Made by a program: the position numbers and the translations under genes
In this document: in pieces, positions 1 to 9,910 of the stretch
How positions within the stretch are numbered: the first letter of the stretch is position 1
Layout of the letters: the number at the start of each line of letters is the position of its first letter
Notes under the pieces: generated by a model
What the model was told of the DNA's origin: nothing
Seen by the model: only the letters and a program-made list of their open reading frames with translations
Databases searched by the model: none
DNA from: an uncultured Candidatus Sumerlaeota bacterium
GTDB taxonomy: Bacteria > CAYMEV01
Length of the DNA: 52,388 nucleotides
Assembly: GCA_964389675.1 (NCBI GenBank)
Contig: CAYMEV010000025.1
Coordinates: forward strand, 1 to 52,388
Direction of reading: 5' to 3'

Positions 1-70
1 GATCTTGGGAGACACACTATTTTTTTAATTTACAGAAAATATTTTACACTCTCGAAAAAATCGTTCAGAT

Positions 71-949
71 GTGAATCCTCTTTATAATGACCTGAAAATC
101 CTTAATGCTGATTATATCCTGGGGAAAAAGGAAAATGGATTTCACTATTCAGGAATTGATGCACAAATGCAGGTAGATGGCATTCCTCAGAGTGCTACCG
201 GGCAGGCAAGCATATTTACAGGGCTTAACACACAAAAGCTCATGAACGGCCATATTTTTGCATATCCCCCGAGGTCACTCATCCGGCTTATATTCAAAAA
301 CTCATTATTTTCCAGTCTGAAAAAGCTGGGGAAAAAATCTGTCTTTATAAATGCATATACAGAAAACTATTTCAGACTGCTTGAAAATGATTTCGGGATT
401 GATGCTAAAAGATATGAGATTAAAGACATAAATACATTTATCCAGTCAGTTAAATACAAGCACAGGTTTTCAGTCACAACAATACAAAACCTCTCGGTAA
501 ACAATCCCTTTTATGATATCAATGATATAGAAGCAGGCAGATCAATATTCCATGATATTGACGGGCATACCCTCTTAAAATACGGCCTGTTGAAAAACCT
601 GCCAAGCCCTGAAAAAATCAGGGATGCTTTTCTCTATAACCTTGATAATTATGATCTGGTCCTTTTCGAATATTTCCTTACAGATGTATATGGCCACAAA
701 AAGGACTATGACATGGTTTACAGGTCCCTTAAGACCCTTGATGACCTGCTGGAAATATTATCATCTGCAGTGAATCCTGATAATACATCAATTCTTGTTG
801 CAAGCGATCATGGGAATATTGAAGACCTTACAGTATCAAGCCATACAATCAACAAAGCTGCTTTCATCTTCAAGGGAAATAAAAAAGGCTTCGGCTTTCC
901 GGAAAAACTTGATGAGACATCCCGTTTCGTACTGGGCCTGTTATCATAA
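71..949 (+). CDS. Alkaline-phosphatase-superfamily metalloenzyme (phosphoglycerate mutase/phosphopentomutase-like)
   Basis: Motifs PQSATGQ (Ser nucleophile), TDVYGH, SDHGN and SSHT.N. GTG start; the usual N-terminal DG metal ligand is not visible. Confidence 0.7.
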   Translation: MNPLYNDLKILNADYILGKKENGFHYSGIDAQMQVDGIPQSATGQASIFTGLNTQKLMNGHIFAYPPRSLIRLIFKNSLFSSLKKLGKKSVFINAYTENYFRLLENDFGIDAKRYEIKDINTFIQSVKYKHRFSVTTIQNLSVNNPFYDINDIEAGRSIFHDIDGHTLLKYGLLKNLPSPEKIRDAFLYNLDNYDLVLFEYFLTDVYGHKKDYDMVYRSLKTLDDLLEILSSAVNPDNTSILVASDHGNIEDLTVSSHTINKAAFIFKGNKKGFGFPEKLDETSRFVLGLLS

Positions 950-1085
950 TTTTTTCTCCTTACCCCTTTCTCTGCCAATAAATACATTTAATTTCAGGAA
1001 ATCGCCTATATTCTATTTGAAAAAAGCTGTGTATAAGCATATTATTTTTGATAGGTACTTATTGAAAGTCCGGGAGGTAATAATA

Positions 1086-1793
1086 ATGCACAGAAAAAAT
1101 ATTATATTGCTTGTTTTAATAATAGCTGGGCTTACATTTAATTCATTTTCAGATAATTATGCTAAACTTAGGAATTACCTGGTAGACCGCCATATTGCAG
1201 GCTATGTAAACGACAGGAATGTAATAGATGTCATGAGACAGGTACCAAGGCATCTTTTTGTTCCGGCATCCCAGAGGTCAAATGCATACCAGGACAGGCC
1301 TCTGCCAATTGGTTATGGACAGACCATCTCCCAGCCTTCTCTTGTAGCAAAAATGACCGAGCTTCTAAATATTGACAGCAATAGCACTGTTCTTGAAATA
1401 GGGACAGGCTCCGGGTATCAGGCAGCAATATTGTCCAGGCTTGTTAAAAAGGTTTTTACTGTAGAGATATACGAGGAACTGGCAGGAAGGTCAGAAAGCC
1501 TTTTTAAGAGGCTTGGATATAATAATATCGAGGTCTTGCATGCTGATGGCTATTTTGGATGGAAGGATAAAGCACCCTTTGATGCTATAATTGTTACATG
1601 CGCTGCTGAATTCGTACCTCCCCCCCTTATAAGCCAGCTTAAACCAGGGGGGATCATGTGCATACCTGTTGGCCCACCATTCCGGATGCAGCAGCTTCTC
1701 CTGCTTACAAAAGCGGATGATGGAAGGGTAAGAACAAGGGTAATATCCTATGTATCATTTGTGCCTTTGCTAAGGAGCAGATCTGGTAATTGA
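1086..1793 (+). CDS. pcm: Protein-L-isoaspartate O-methyltransferase with N-terminal signal/anchor segment
   Basis: VPRHLFVP, AYQDRPLPIGYGQTISQP, LEIGTGSGYQAA and APFDAII motifs. ATG 1086 follows a GGAGGT SD; the ORF-track start at 795 is an artefact. Confidence 0.93.
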   Translation: MHRKNIILLVLIIAGLTFNSFSDNYAKLRNYLVDRHIAGYVNDRNVIDVMRQVPRHLFVPASQRSNAYQDRPLPIGYGQTISQPSLVAKMTELLNIDSNSTVLEIGTGSGYQAAILSRLVKKVFTVEIYEELAGRSESLFKRLGYNNIEVLHADGYFGWKDKAPFDAIIVTCAAEFVPPPLISQLKPGGIMCIPVGPPFRMQQLLLLTKADDGRVRTRVISYVSFVPLLRSRSGN

Positions 1794-4219
1794 AGCAGAT
1801 TAAACAGCTTGTTCACGTATTTATCATTTCGTTCTCAGTTTTATGCTATGAGATATCTCTGATAAGGATTTTTTCAATAGTCCAATGGTATGATTTTGCT
1901 TACTTCAGCATCTCGCTTGCATTACTCGGTTTCGGCATCAGCGGGGTTTTTGTCTACATTTTTCAGTCAGTATTGCTGAAAAATATAAAATCATATATTT
2001 TCAGGTTTAATATGGCATTCCTATTATCTGTTCCATTATGCTTTTTTGCATATCTGCAGGTACCTTTCAATTCCCTTCTGGTCGGAATTGATAAAATGCA
2101 GGCAGTATATTTCATTATTGATACACTTCTTATGATGATACCATTCTTCTTTGGTGCAGCAATAATAGTAATATACCTTATGCTGTACCCAGCAGACAGC
2201 ATCTATTTCTCAAACCTTGCCGGAAGCGCATCAGGAGTGGTAGGCTGCTATGTTCTGATGGAATATGTCCACCCGTTTAATATGATTTATATAATCCTTA
2301 TTGCTCTGTCATTTTCACTGCTATTATCTTCATACCCGAAAAGATCAGGATCCAGGTCAATTTCGCTTAAGCTTGCTGTAATTATCCTGACATTTTTCTC
2401 TGCCTGCTGTCTGGCTGAATTTCTTAATCTCATAAAAATATCCGAATTCAAGGCTTTTTCAATGGCTGAGAATCTGCCTGATTATAGATTAATACTTGAA
2501 AAAAGCAGTCCTCAGAGCCTGATCTCTGTTGTCAGTGCAGACGGGTTTCGAAAACCCGGAGACCTGAGTTACAGTTATTCAGGAGTGATACCGGAAGCTT
2601 TTGGAATATTCTATGACTATGATAACCCTTCTGCGATTTATAAATACGATGGCACATCAGAAGACCTCGAGAAATTTGATTTTTTGCTGAAATCCCCGGC
2701 AGGCTTAGCCCATTTTATTCTTCAGGGCGACCCTAAGAAGAAATCACTGATACTTGGCGTCGGTGGAGGGAGTGGAATATTAAGGTCTCTCATCACCGGG
2801 TTTGGCACTATTGATGGAGTTGAATACGATAAAAATGTAATTGAGATAATGCAGGATGACTTTGCCGTTCATACCGGTGAAATATACAATCTGGATAATG
2901 TCATGATCCATTGTATTGATGCAAGAAGCTACATTGAAACAAGCAAGGATAAATATCAGCTTATTGAGATAGAGATGCTTGATTCCTTTGTATCAAGCAC
3001 ATCAGGTGTTGCCTCCATAAAAGAAAATTATCTTTACACCATCGAATCGTTCAGCAGTCTCTGGGAAATGCTGTCCAGCGAAGGAATATTAAGCATCAGC
3101 AGATGGATCCGCGTACCTCCCAGGGATTCATTCAAGATCCTTAATACAGTATATGACTGCCTTAGAATGCATGGCATAAAAGAGCCCGGGGGTCACCTTA
3201 TCTCAATAAGGGGCCCTTTAAGCATAAACATTCTGCTTTTAAGAAGCCGGGCAGACCAGAGCATTATAAAGCATACAAAAAATTTCTGTGAAGAAAATGG
3301 CTTTGACCTTGTTTATTATCCAGGAATCTCAAAAAACGAAATAAACAGGTATTTTATAAAAGAGGAAGCAGATCTGTATAATGGTTTCATTTCTCTTCTT
3401 GACCATAACAGTCGCGATCAATTCATAAAGGACTATATTTTTGACATCAAGCCTGCAAATGATAATAAGCCTTATTTTTCCAATTTCTTCAAATATCCTG
3501 TAATCAGGAATATTATAAGGAAAAGCGGTACAAGGGAGCTGGAATTTTCACAGTGGGGATATTTTTCCCTCCTGATCATGCTTGTTCCAACTGCGCTTAT
3601 AAGCATTATATTCATATTCTTACCATTATTATATGTCTCAAAAAAAACAATAAGCATAAATTTCCAGAAAATTTCACTTTTAATTTTTTATTTCTCTATC
3701 GGGCTTGCTTTTTTCTTTGTAGAGATTGTAATGATTCAGAAACTCATCCTGTTTCTCGGGCATCCTGTAAGCAGTATGACCATCGTAATATCATCAATGC
3801 TTTGTTTTTCCGGCATAGGGAGCTATTTTTCACAAAGAAAAATATTTGGAAATTTGCCAATAAGGCCACTTATATTGATAATACTGCTGATTCCTGCAAC
3901 CTACATTATGATAAATTATATCTTCCCTGAACTCATTATGCTTCCATATGGATATAAAGCCATTCTTTCAGTGATGGCCCTGTTTCCCGTCAGCTTTTTT
4001 ATGGGCATGCCTTTTCCAAAAAGCCTTGAATATATAAAAAAGGCTTATCCTGAGCTTCTTCCGTGGTGCTGGGGAACTAACGGATTTGCTTCAGTGAACA
4101 GCATCTTCATATGTGCAATAATATCTCTGATATATGGTTTCAGGACGGTTTTCACCCTTGCTGTAGCAGCATATCTCCTATGCCTGATAATATTGCTCTG
4201 TTTAAGTAGGGATGCTTAA
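1790..4219 (+). CDS. Polytopic membrane protein with central spermidine-synthase-like SAM-binding domain
   Basis: About 7 N-terminal TM segments, then LILGVGGG, GVEYD, DARSYI, LYTIE and PANDNKPYF motifs, then about 7 C-terminal TMs (WCWGTNGFASV). TTGA overlap with the pcm stop. Confidence 0.8.
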   Translation: MKQIKQLVHVFIISFSVLCYEISLIRIFSIVQWYDFAYFSISLALLGFGISGVFVYIFQSVLLKNIKSYIFRFNMAFLLSVPLCFFAYLQVPFNSLLVGIDKMQAVYFIIDTLLMMIPFFFGAAIIVIYLMLYPADSIYFSNLAGSASGVVGCYVLMEYVHPFNMIYIILIALSFSLLLSSYPKRSGSRSISLKLAVIILTFFSACCLAEFLNLIKISEFKAFSMAENLPDYRLILEKSSPQSLISVVSADGFRKPGDLSYSYSGVIPEAFGIFYDYDNPSAIYKYDGTSEDLEKFDFLLKSPAGLAHFILQGDPKKKSLILGVGGGSGILRSLITGFGTIDGVEYDKNVIEIMQDDFAVHTGEIYNLDNVMIHCIDARSYIETSKDKYQLIEIEMLDSFVSSTSGVASIKENYLYTIESFSSLWEMLSSEGILSISRWIRVPPRDSFKILNTVYDCLRMHGIKEPGGHLISIRGPLSINILLLRSRADQSIIKHTKNFCEENGFDLVYYPGISKNEINRYFIKEEADLYNGFISLLDHNSRDQFIKDYIFDIKPANDNKPYFSNFFKYPVIRNIIRKSGTRELEFSQWGYFSLLIMLVPTALISIIFIFLPLLYVSKKTISINFQKISLLIFYFSIGLAFFFVEIVMIQKLILFLGHPVSSMTIVISSMLCFSGIGSYFSQRKIFGNLPIRPLILIILLIPATYIMINYIFPELIMLPYGYKAILSVMALFPVSFFMGMPFPKSLEYIKKAYPELLPWCWGTNGFASVNSIFICAIISLIYGFRTVFTLAVAAYLLCLIILLCLSRDA

Positions 4220-4229
4220 TCTCACCCGC

Positions 4230-5630
4230 TCAGTATCTGTAGTGGTCAGGTTTATAGGGCCCCTCTATTGTAACACCTATATAATCTGCCTGTTCTTTTG
4301 TAAGCCTGGTTAATTTCACTCCAAGCTTTTTCAGATGCAGCCTGGCCACTTCTTCATCAAGTTTCTTTGACAGGACATAAACTCCGAGCTGTTTTGGGTT
4401 AAGCCATAGCTCAATCTGAGCAAGAACCTGGTTTGTAAAGGATGTACTCATTACAAAACTCGGGTGCCCCGTAGCATTTCCAAGATTTACAAGCCGGCCT
4501 TTTGAAAGAAGTATTATTGAATGTCCATCAGGAAATAAAAATTTATCAACCTGTGGTTTGATGTTTATTTCTTTAATCCCGGGATATGATTCAAGTTTCT
4601 CGACCTCGATCTCATTATCGAAATGCCCTATATTGCATACAATGGCAGAATCCTTCATCCTCTCCATATGTTCTACCCTGATGACCTCCCTGTTTCCGGT
4701 AGCAGTAACAAATATATCTGCTGTTTCTACAACATCCTCCAGCATACAAACCTCATAACCCGCCATTGAAGCCTGAAGTGCGCAGATAGGATCTATTTCT
4801 GTAATGATCACCCTGGAACCGAATCCGCTCATGGATTGTGCACAACCCTTGCCTACATCTCCATAACCGCAAACCACTACGATCTTGCCTGCAACCATAA
4901 TATCCGTTCCTCTCTTGATACCGTCGGCAAGTGATTCTCTGCATCCATAAAGGTTATCAAACTTGCTCTTTGTTACTGAATCATTGACATTCATAGCCGG
5001 AAAGAGAAGCTTCCTGTTCTCAAGCATCTGGTAAAGCCTGTGTACTCCTGTAGTCGTTTCTTCACTGACGCCTTTTATCTTCTTTGATATCCTGTGCCAT
5101 TTTGTCTTATCGCTCTTATATACTTCCCTTAGCGTATTATAAAGCTCAAACTGATCTTTCCCCTGTTTAGAATAATCCTTATTAAGAAGCTCTGGATCTT
5201 CTTCAACTTCAAACCCTTTATGTACCATTAATGTAGCATCTCCGCCATCATCAACAATAAGATCAGGCCCGCTGCCATCGGGAAAGGTCAATGCCTGCAA
5301 AGTGCACCACCAGTAGTCTTTAAGGCTTTCGCCCTTCCATGCAAAAACAGGTATTCCATTTTCAACCAGGGCAGCGGCAGCATGGTCCTGGGTTGAATAT
5401 ATGTTACAGCTGCACCAGCGAACATCAGCACCCAGTTCAATAAGAGTTTCAATAAGTACCGCTGTCTGTATGGTCATATGTAAACTGCCGGTAATTTTTG
5501 AACCTTTTAATGGCTTTTCCTTACCGTATTTTTCTCTCAATGCCATGAGGCCGGGCATTTCTTTCTGTGCCAGCTCAATATCCTTTCTTCCGTATTCAGC
5601 CAAGCCTATATCAGCTATCTTATATTTCAT
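4230..5630 (-). CDS. ahcY: Adenosylhomocysteinase
   Basis: [43 protein letters not shown] and C-terminal KPDHYRY. Confidence 0.98.
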   Translation of the reverse strand: MKYKIADIGLAEYGRKDIELAQKEMPGLMALREKYGKEKPLKGSKITGSLHMTIQTAVLIETLIELGADVRWCSCNIYSTQDHAAAALVENGIPVFAWKGESLKDYWWCTLQALTFPDGSGPDLIVDDGGDATLMVHKGFEVEEDPELLNKDYSKQGKDQFELYNTLREVYKSDKTKWHRISKKIKGVSEETTTGVHRLYQMLENRKLLFPAMNVNDSVTKSKFDNLYGCRESLADGIKRGTDIMVAGKIVVVCGYGDVGKGCAQSMSGFGSRVIITEIDPICALQASMAGYEVCMLEDVVETADIFVTATGNREVIRVEHMERMKDSAIVCNIGHFDNEIEVEKLESYPGIKEINIKPQVDKFLFPDGHSIILLSKGRLVNLGNATGHPSFVMSTSFTNQVLAQIELWLNPKQLGVYVLSKKLDEEVARLHLKKLGVKLTRLTKEQADYIGVTIEGPYKPDHYRY

Positions 5631-5742
5631 TTTGCTATCCTCCTGGTAAATAATATATATCTGTAATAGTAAAAATTACTTCCTTGTCAAGTATATACGC
5701 TGCGGTTAATATGCAGTTTCTTAAAAAAGCCTTTGAATCGTT

Positions 5743-6264
5743 CTAGTTTTCAATATTTACCTGATTCTTGATCTTTTCCTTTGGCCCTTTAATAATATTT
5801 ATATTTGCTGTATCATCAGATTTCCATTTAATTATGAACACCATATTGTCATCCTTCTCCATTGTTAAAAGCGCTCCTCCCTGGTATTCTTCATTATCTC
5901 CTGATGAATCCTCCTCACGGTTAAGGACGGTCCATCCCAAACCTGAAAAATAATCCTCATAATATTTGAGATAATCCTCTCCTTCATCTTTTCCCTCAAA
6001 AGCTATTGCCTTTACATCATCCTGCAGTGCAATGAACATGAAAGGCGAGAATGATTTTTCAAAACCCTGAGGAACAGGAATTTCGCTAAGATCACCAGAG
6101 ATCTTATCTTCATATTTATTCAGCGCAAACATTGCAATATCTTTGCCCTTGAATATAAGGATATTGACGATAATGATTATAATTAGAATGACTATACCTG
6201 CAAATATCAGGCATCCCTTCAGACAGCCGCTTTTCTTTTTTGGTTGCATTTCCTGGTTTTCCAT
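5743..6264 (-). CDS. Hypothetical membrane-anchored protein
   Basis: KKKSGCLKGC, one TM helix, then an acidic soluble domain. Confidence 0.75.
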   Translation of the reverse strand: MENQEMQPKKKSGCLKGCLIFAGIVILIIIIIVNILIFKGKDIAMFALNKYEDKISGDLSEIPVPQGFEKSFSPFMFIALQDDVKAIAFEGKDEGEDYLKYYEDYFSGLGWTVLNREEDSSGDNEEYQGGALLTMEKDDNMVFIIKWKSDDTANINIIKGPKEKIKNQVNIEN

Positions 6265-6305
6265 TTTAATCCATCCTTTTATTTTCTATATTAATTTTAA
6301 AATTC

Positions 6306-6326
6306 AATATATCATAATGATATATT
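6306..6326. promoter_or_regulatory. Perfect 10-bp inverted repeat between divergent genes (candidate operator)
   Basis: AATATATCAT-A-ATGATATATT, directly next to a minus-strand TTGACA (6327-6332). Confidence 0.4.
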
Positions 6327-6357
6327 TGTCAAATATAACTAAAAAACGGAGGAGAAT

Positions 6358-6837
6358 ATGAGTCTTGAAAAAACCTTTGTAATGATAAAACCTGACGGTG
6401 TGCAGAGAGATCTTGCAGGTGATATCATCAGTCGATTTCAAAAAAAGGGGCTTAAGCTTGTTGCCATGAAGCTTGCAGTGATGGATGTAAATACAGCAAA
6501 TAAGCTGTACCAGATGCATTCCCGTAAGCATTTCTATAATGATCTTATAAGTTTTATAACATCCGGGCCTGTTGTCCTGATGGTATGGGAAGCAGACAAT
6601 GCGGTCTTCATATCAAGAAAACTGGTCGGCCCCACAACCCCTAATGAAGCAATGCCTGGAACGATAAGGGGTGATTATATAATAAATACAGGGTTTAATG
6701 TCATACATGCATCTGAGACAGTAGAGGCTGCCAATCGCGAGATACCTCTTTTCTTTAACAAAGACGAAATAATTGAATATAAGCTTTCCATAAGAACCTG
6801 GCTGGGATTAAAGGATGTAAACCTGGCGGGTTCATAA
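6358..6837 (+). CDS. ndk: Nucleoside diphosphate kinase
   Basis: TFVMIKPDGV, SGPVV, PGTIRGDY and NVIHAS (catalytic His). GGAGGAG SD. Confidence 0.97.
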   Translation: MSLEKTFVMIKPDGVQRDLAGDIISRFQKKGLKLVAMKLAVMDVNTANKLYQMHSRKHFYNDLISFITSGPVVLMVWEADNAVFISRKLVGPTTPNEAMPGTIRGDYIINTGFNVIHASETVEAANREIPLFFNKDEIIEYKLSIRTWLGLKDVNLAGS

Positions 6838-6870
6838 AAGCATCATTTTATGAATATATAGAATCAGAAA

Positions 6871-7866
6871 TTATATATTAAACTTAAAATCTATTATATC
6901 TCCGTCTTTAACTATATAATCTTTCCCCTCTGACCTGATTTTTCCTGATTTTCGCGCAAGGGGAAGAGATTTGAACTCTGCAAAATCATCAAAGGAGATC
7001 ACATCAGCCCTGATAAATCCTTTTGCAATATCAGAATGAACCTTATTTGCTGCCTTCAGTGCATTGGAACCTCTCTTTATTGTCCAGGCCCTGACTTCAT
7101 CAGAGCCCACAGTCAAAAAGCTTGTCAGGTTAAGAAGCCTGTAGACTTCTCTTATGATCCTGTTTTTCAGAGGTTCATCAACACCAAGGTCTCTGAGGAA
7201 TTCCTTCTGGTCATCTTCTGAAAGCTCTGTGATCTCTTTTTCTATCTGTGCATTTATAAAAAATAAGCTTTCCTCATTAACCTGTGCAATATGCTCTTCA
7301 TTTGTATTAACGACGAAAAGGCATGGTTTACCGGAAAGAAAGCGATAATGCTTTACTGTATCAATTTCTGCATCGCTCAAATCGATATCGATCACTGCTT
7401 CATTGTTGCTGAGATTTTCATACAATTTCTCCATTATCTGATATTCACCTTCCAGGTTATTTGCCTTTTTCAATGCATTAATCCTTTGCTCAACAAGTAC
7501 AAGGTCATTGATAATAATCTCATTAATAAAGCCTTCCATATTGGTTTTATAGTCGCGGTCAGCAGAAAAACCATCAAGGACAACGAGATATCCGTCGAGC
7601 TCTTTTAGCTTTTGTATGGTATTCTGGTCCATGTTCAAATGCTGCCTGTCGGATACAAATCCCGGGAAATCAACAAAATCAATATTGGCATATATTGTTT
7701 TTTTAGGGCTGAATATTGATGTAAGTATTTCCAGCCTTTCATCAGGCACTTTCACATTGTGAATTCTCTGTTTTTCTGAAAATTCATATTTCTGGGTTGA
7801 ATTACTTAAGGCCTCAAATAGAGTTGTCTTACCTGATGCTTTATACCCAACTATTCCTATTTTCAT
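6871..7866 (-). CDS. ychF: YchF/Obg-family ATPase (short variant)
   Basis: P-loop GYKASGKT, VKVPDERL, DFPG and TGS-domain motifs FLTVGSDEVRAWT, HSDIAKGFIRA, EGKDYIVKDGD. Confidence 0.85.
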   Translation of the reverse strand: MKIGIVGYKASGKTTLFEALSNSTQKYEFSEKQRIHNVKVPDERLEILTSIFSPKKTIYANIDFVDFPGFVSDRQHLNMDQNTIQKLKELDGYLVVLDGFSADRDYKTNMEGFINEIIINDLVLVEQRINALKKANNLEGEYQIMEKLYENLSNNEAVIDIDLSDAEIDTVKHYRFLSGKPCLFVVNTNEEHIAQVNEESLFFINAQIEKEITELSEDDQKEFLRDLGVDEPLKNRIIREVYRLLNLTSFLTVGSDEVRAWTIKRGSNALKAANKVHSDIAKGFIRADVISFDDFAEFKSLPLARKSGKIRSEGKDYIVKDGDIIDFKFNI

Positions 7867-7881
7867 GCTATTGCTCCTTGC

Positions 7882-8292
7882 TTATATGTCAAATACTGTT
7901 CTCAGATAAAAACGGCTGTTGCTGCAACTGATATTAAAATTATGAAGTGTAACCGCTTTTATGATATTTTTGATATTATGCCTTTTTTTATCGAAGTCTT
8001 CGCCTTCAAGACTGATTATAATACTGCCCGGCTTTTTTTCATCGATCACTGCTGACCTGCACAAGAAGCCCCCTGTGTCAAAAAGATAAATAAGTTCGTT
8101 AAATAATGAATATAAAAGGTCCTCTAGCGTCTGCCCATTTATTTCCAGCTGTATCTTTCTTTCAGAAGTAATATTTTCCTTCTCCACTATTACCTCATAA
8201 AATGCGGAAACTGCTTCCAGTACAAGGGATTTCTCGTCAGGTGCCGTAATCAGAAGCTCAATATCTGCTATATTATTAATATATTTAAACAT
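7882..8292 (-). CDS. Archease
   Basis: N-terminal ADI, EDLL...NELIYLFD, GEDFD, IKAVTLH and terminal VFDI. Confidence 0.88.
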   Translation of the reverse strand: MFKYINNIADIELLITAPDEKSLVLEAVSAFYEVIVEKENITSERKIQLEINGQTLEDLLYSLFNELIYLFDTGGFLCRSAVIDEKKPGSIIISLEGEDFDKKRHNIKNIIKAVTLHNFNISCSNSRFYLRTVFDI

Positions 8293-8364
8293 AAAAATAC
8301 TGTTATTTTAAAAGATAATTTTATATAATAGGGCATATATATTATTTTGCAAAGGAGAAAAATC

Positions 8365-9096
8365 ATGAGAAGAGAATATGTAAGCTGGTGGAGCGAGAAC
8401 CTTGATAAAAAGATGGAAATGATAGTTTTTGGCGATTATGGCTTTCCATATATTGTCTTCCCCACCTCAAAGGGCAGATTCTTTGAATGGGAAGATTACG
8501 GCATGATACAGGCTCTTAAGGAAAAGATAGACAGCAAATTGATCAAGCTTTACTGCATCGACTCCATTGATAAGGAAAGCTGGTATGCCTTTCATCTTCA
8601 ACCGGCTTTAAGATTAAAAAGGCATATTCAATGGGAAGACTATATAATAAAGGAAGTAATTAAATTTATAAAGAAGGACTGCAGGAGTAAAACTATTCCG
8701 ATAGGTACTGCCGGTTCAAGTTTTGGAGCTTACCACGCAATAAACTTCTTTTTCAAGCATCCCTCTCTTTTTGACAAAGTGTGCGCAATGAGCGGGATCT
8801 ATGATATCAGGTTTCTTCTTCACGGATACCATGATATGGATGTATATTATAATAATCCTGTTGAATTTATTCCAAATCTATCTGATGAAAAGATTCTCTT
8901 CCAGATCAAGAAGTCATCAAAGATCACTATTGTAGTTGGAACGGGGGCATGGGAAGAAAATGCAGTGTCATCCTCAACAAACCTTTCAGAAATACTTAAA
9001 GGTAAGGGCATAGACCATAATTTTTATGCATGGGGTCCGGAAGTTGAACATCACTGGTACTGGTGGAAAAAGCAGGCAGAAATGTATCTGGATTAG
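8365..9096 (+). CDS. Alpha/beta-hydrolase esterase
   Basis: VFPTSKGRFFEWED, GSSFG nucleophile elbow, SGIYD and HHWYWW. ATG 8365 follows AGGAG. Confidence 0.85.
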   Translation: MRREYVSWWSENLDKKMEMIVFGDYGFPYIVFPTSKGRFFEWEDYGMIQALKEKIDSKLIKLYCIDSIDKESWYAFHLQPALRLKRHIQWEDYIIKEVIKFIKKDCRSKTIPIGTAGSSFGAYHAINFFFKHPSLFDKVCAMSGIYDIRFLLHGYHDMDVYYNNPVEFIPNLSDEKILFQIKKSSKITIVVGTGAWEENAVSSSTNLSEILKGKGIDHNFYAWGPEVEHHWYWWKKQAEMYLD

Positions 9097-9132
9097 CATA
9101 CTTGCGGTCTTCCGGAAGCCATAACTTCCTTT

Positions 9133-9714
9133 TTACAATATAATCCATATTCCCGTCTCTGCATCATAATAGTACAGAAATATCCTTGTATATGCATAAG
9201 CTGTCCTTATGCACAGCATATATTCATCATCTGAATCAGTTATGTAAACACTTCCATTTGTTACGCCACCAGCAGGCTTAATATGCATTATATTCTGAGT
9301 CCCCATCTTAATTGGTTTTTCTTCATCAGGTATATTCATGTCCGGGTTGCTGGGATCAGGAACCCCTCCGGGCAGTATTCCATAACCTATATCTGGAAAG
9401 CCTTTCATGTTTATCCTTTTAATAAGCCTGTTCTTTCCGGATTCAATATTCTCAAGATTTACAGTAATTTCATCATATGAATCATAAAGCTCTATATAGC
9501 CGTCTTCCCTGAAAAATATGCCGTGAGTTCTCCCGGAGTGTATTGCAAATGACTTTGCCAGGAAAAACATACTCCTGACTGATAAGCCAAATGCCTCCAG
9601 GCTTCTGCTGCTAAAATTGATTCTGAATGAAAATGAGGCTATTAGCATGATACTCAGTACGATTACCATTTCAAGCAGCGTATGGCCTTTGTTGATTGCG
9701 TATGAATTTCTCAT
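9133..9714 (-). CDS. Prepilin-type protein (FimT/GspH-like minor pilin)
   Basis: Class III signal KG|HTLLEM followed by a hydrophobic helix; C-terminal TNGSVYIT is FimT-like. Confidence 0.75.
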   Translation of the reverse strand: MRNSYAINKGHTLLEMVIVLSIMLIASFSFRINFSSRSLEAFGLSVRSMFFLAKSFAIHSGRTHGIFFREDGYIELYDSYDEITVNLENIESGKNRLIKRINMKGFPDIGYGILPGGVPDPSNPDMNIPDEEKPIKMGTQNIMHIKPAGGVTNGSVYITDSDDEYMLCIRTAYAYTRIFLYYYDAETGIWIIL

Positions 9715-9726
9715 GCAATATTAAAA

Positions 9727-9742
9727 AGCAATTTTCATGCCA
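9727..9742 (-). promoter_or_regulatory. Sigma-54 (-24/-12) promoter of the pilin-like gene
   Basis: Minus strand reads TGGCATGAAAATTGCT, matching TGGCAC-N5-TTGC[AT] at all but one position, with exact GG-N10-GC spacing. Confidence 0.75.
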
Positions 9743-9790
9743 TTTTTACAATGTCACTTCTTAAGGGTTTTATCCTGTGATACTGCAATG

Positions 9791-9817
9791 AACAGGTGTA
9801 AATTGTTTACACCTGTT
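9791..9817. promoter_or_regulatory. 12-bp perfect inverted repeat; candidate enhancer-binding-protein site
   Basis: AACAGGTGTAAA-TTG-TTTACACCTGTT, about 50-75 bp upstream of the sigma-54 box. Confidence 0.55.
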
Positions 9818-9910
9818 TACAATAAAGATTTGACTATCTCCATTTACAGGAATACTATATTGCCATTATAAGGTAGATATTGTTGAATACTCGAAGGAGG
9901 TTTTTGATAT

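Noticed and set aside
795-1085. N-terminal extension of pcm in the ORF track
   Set aside because: It overlaps the previous gene and the intergenic region; the SD-supported start is 1086.
5631-5742. SAH/SAM riboswitch upstream of ahcY
   Set aside because: The leader is short and AT-rich with a TTGACA about 55 nt from the start, and shows no recognisable aptamer.
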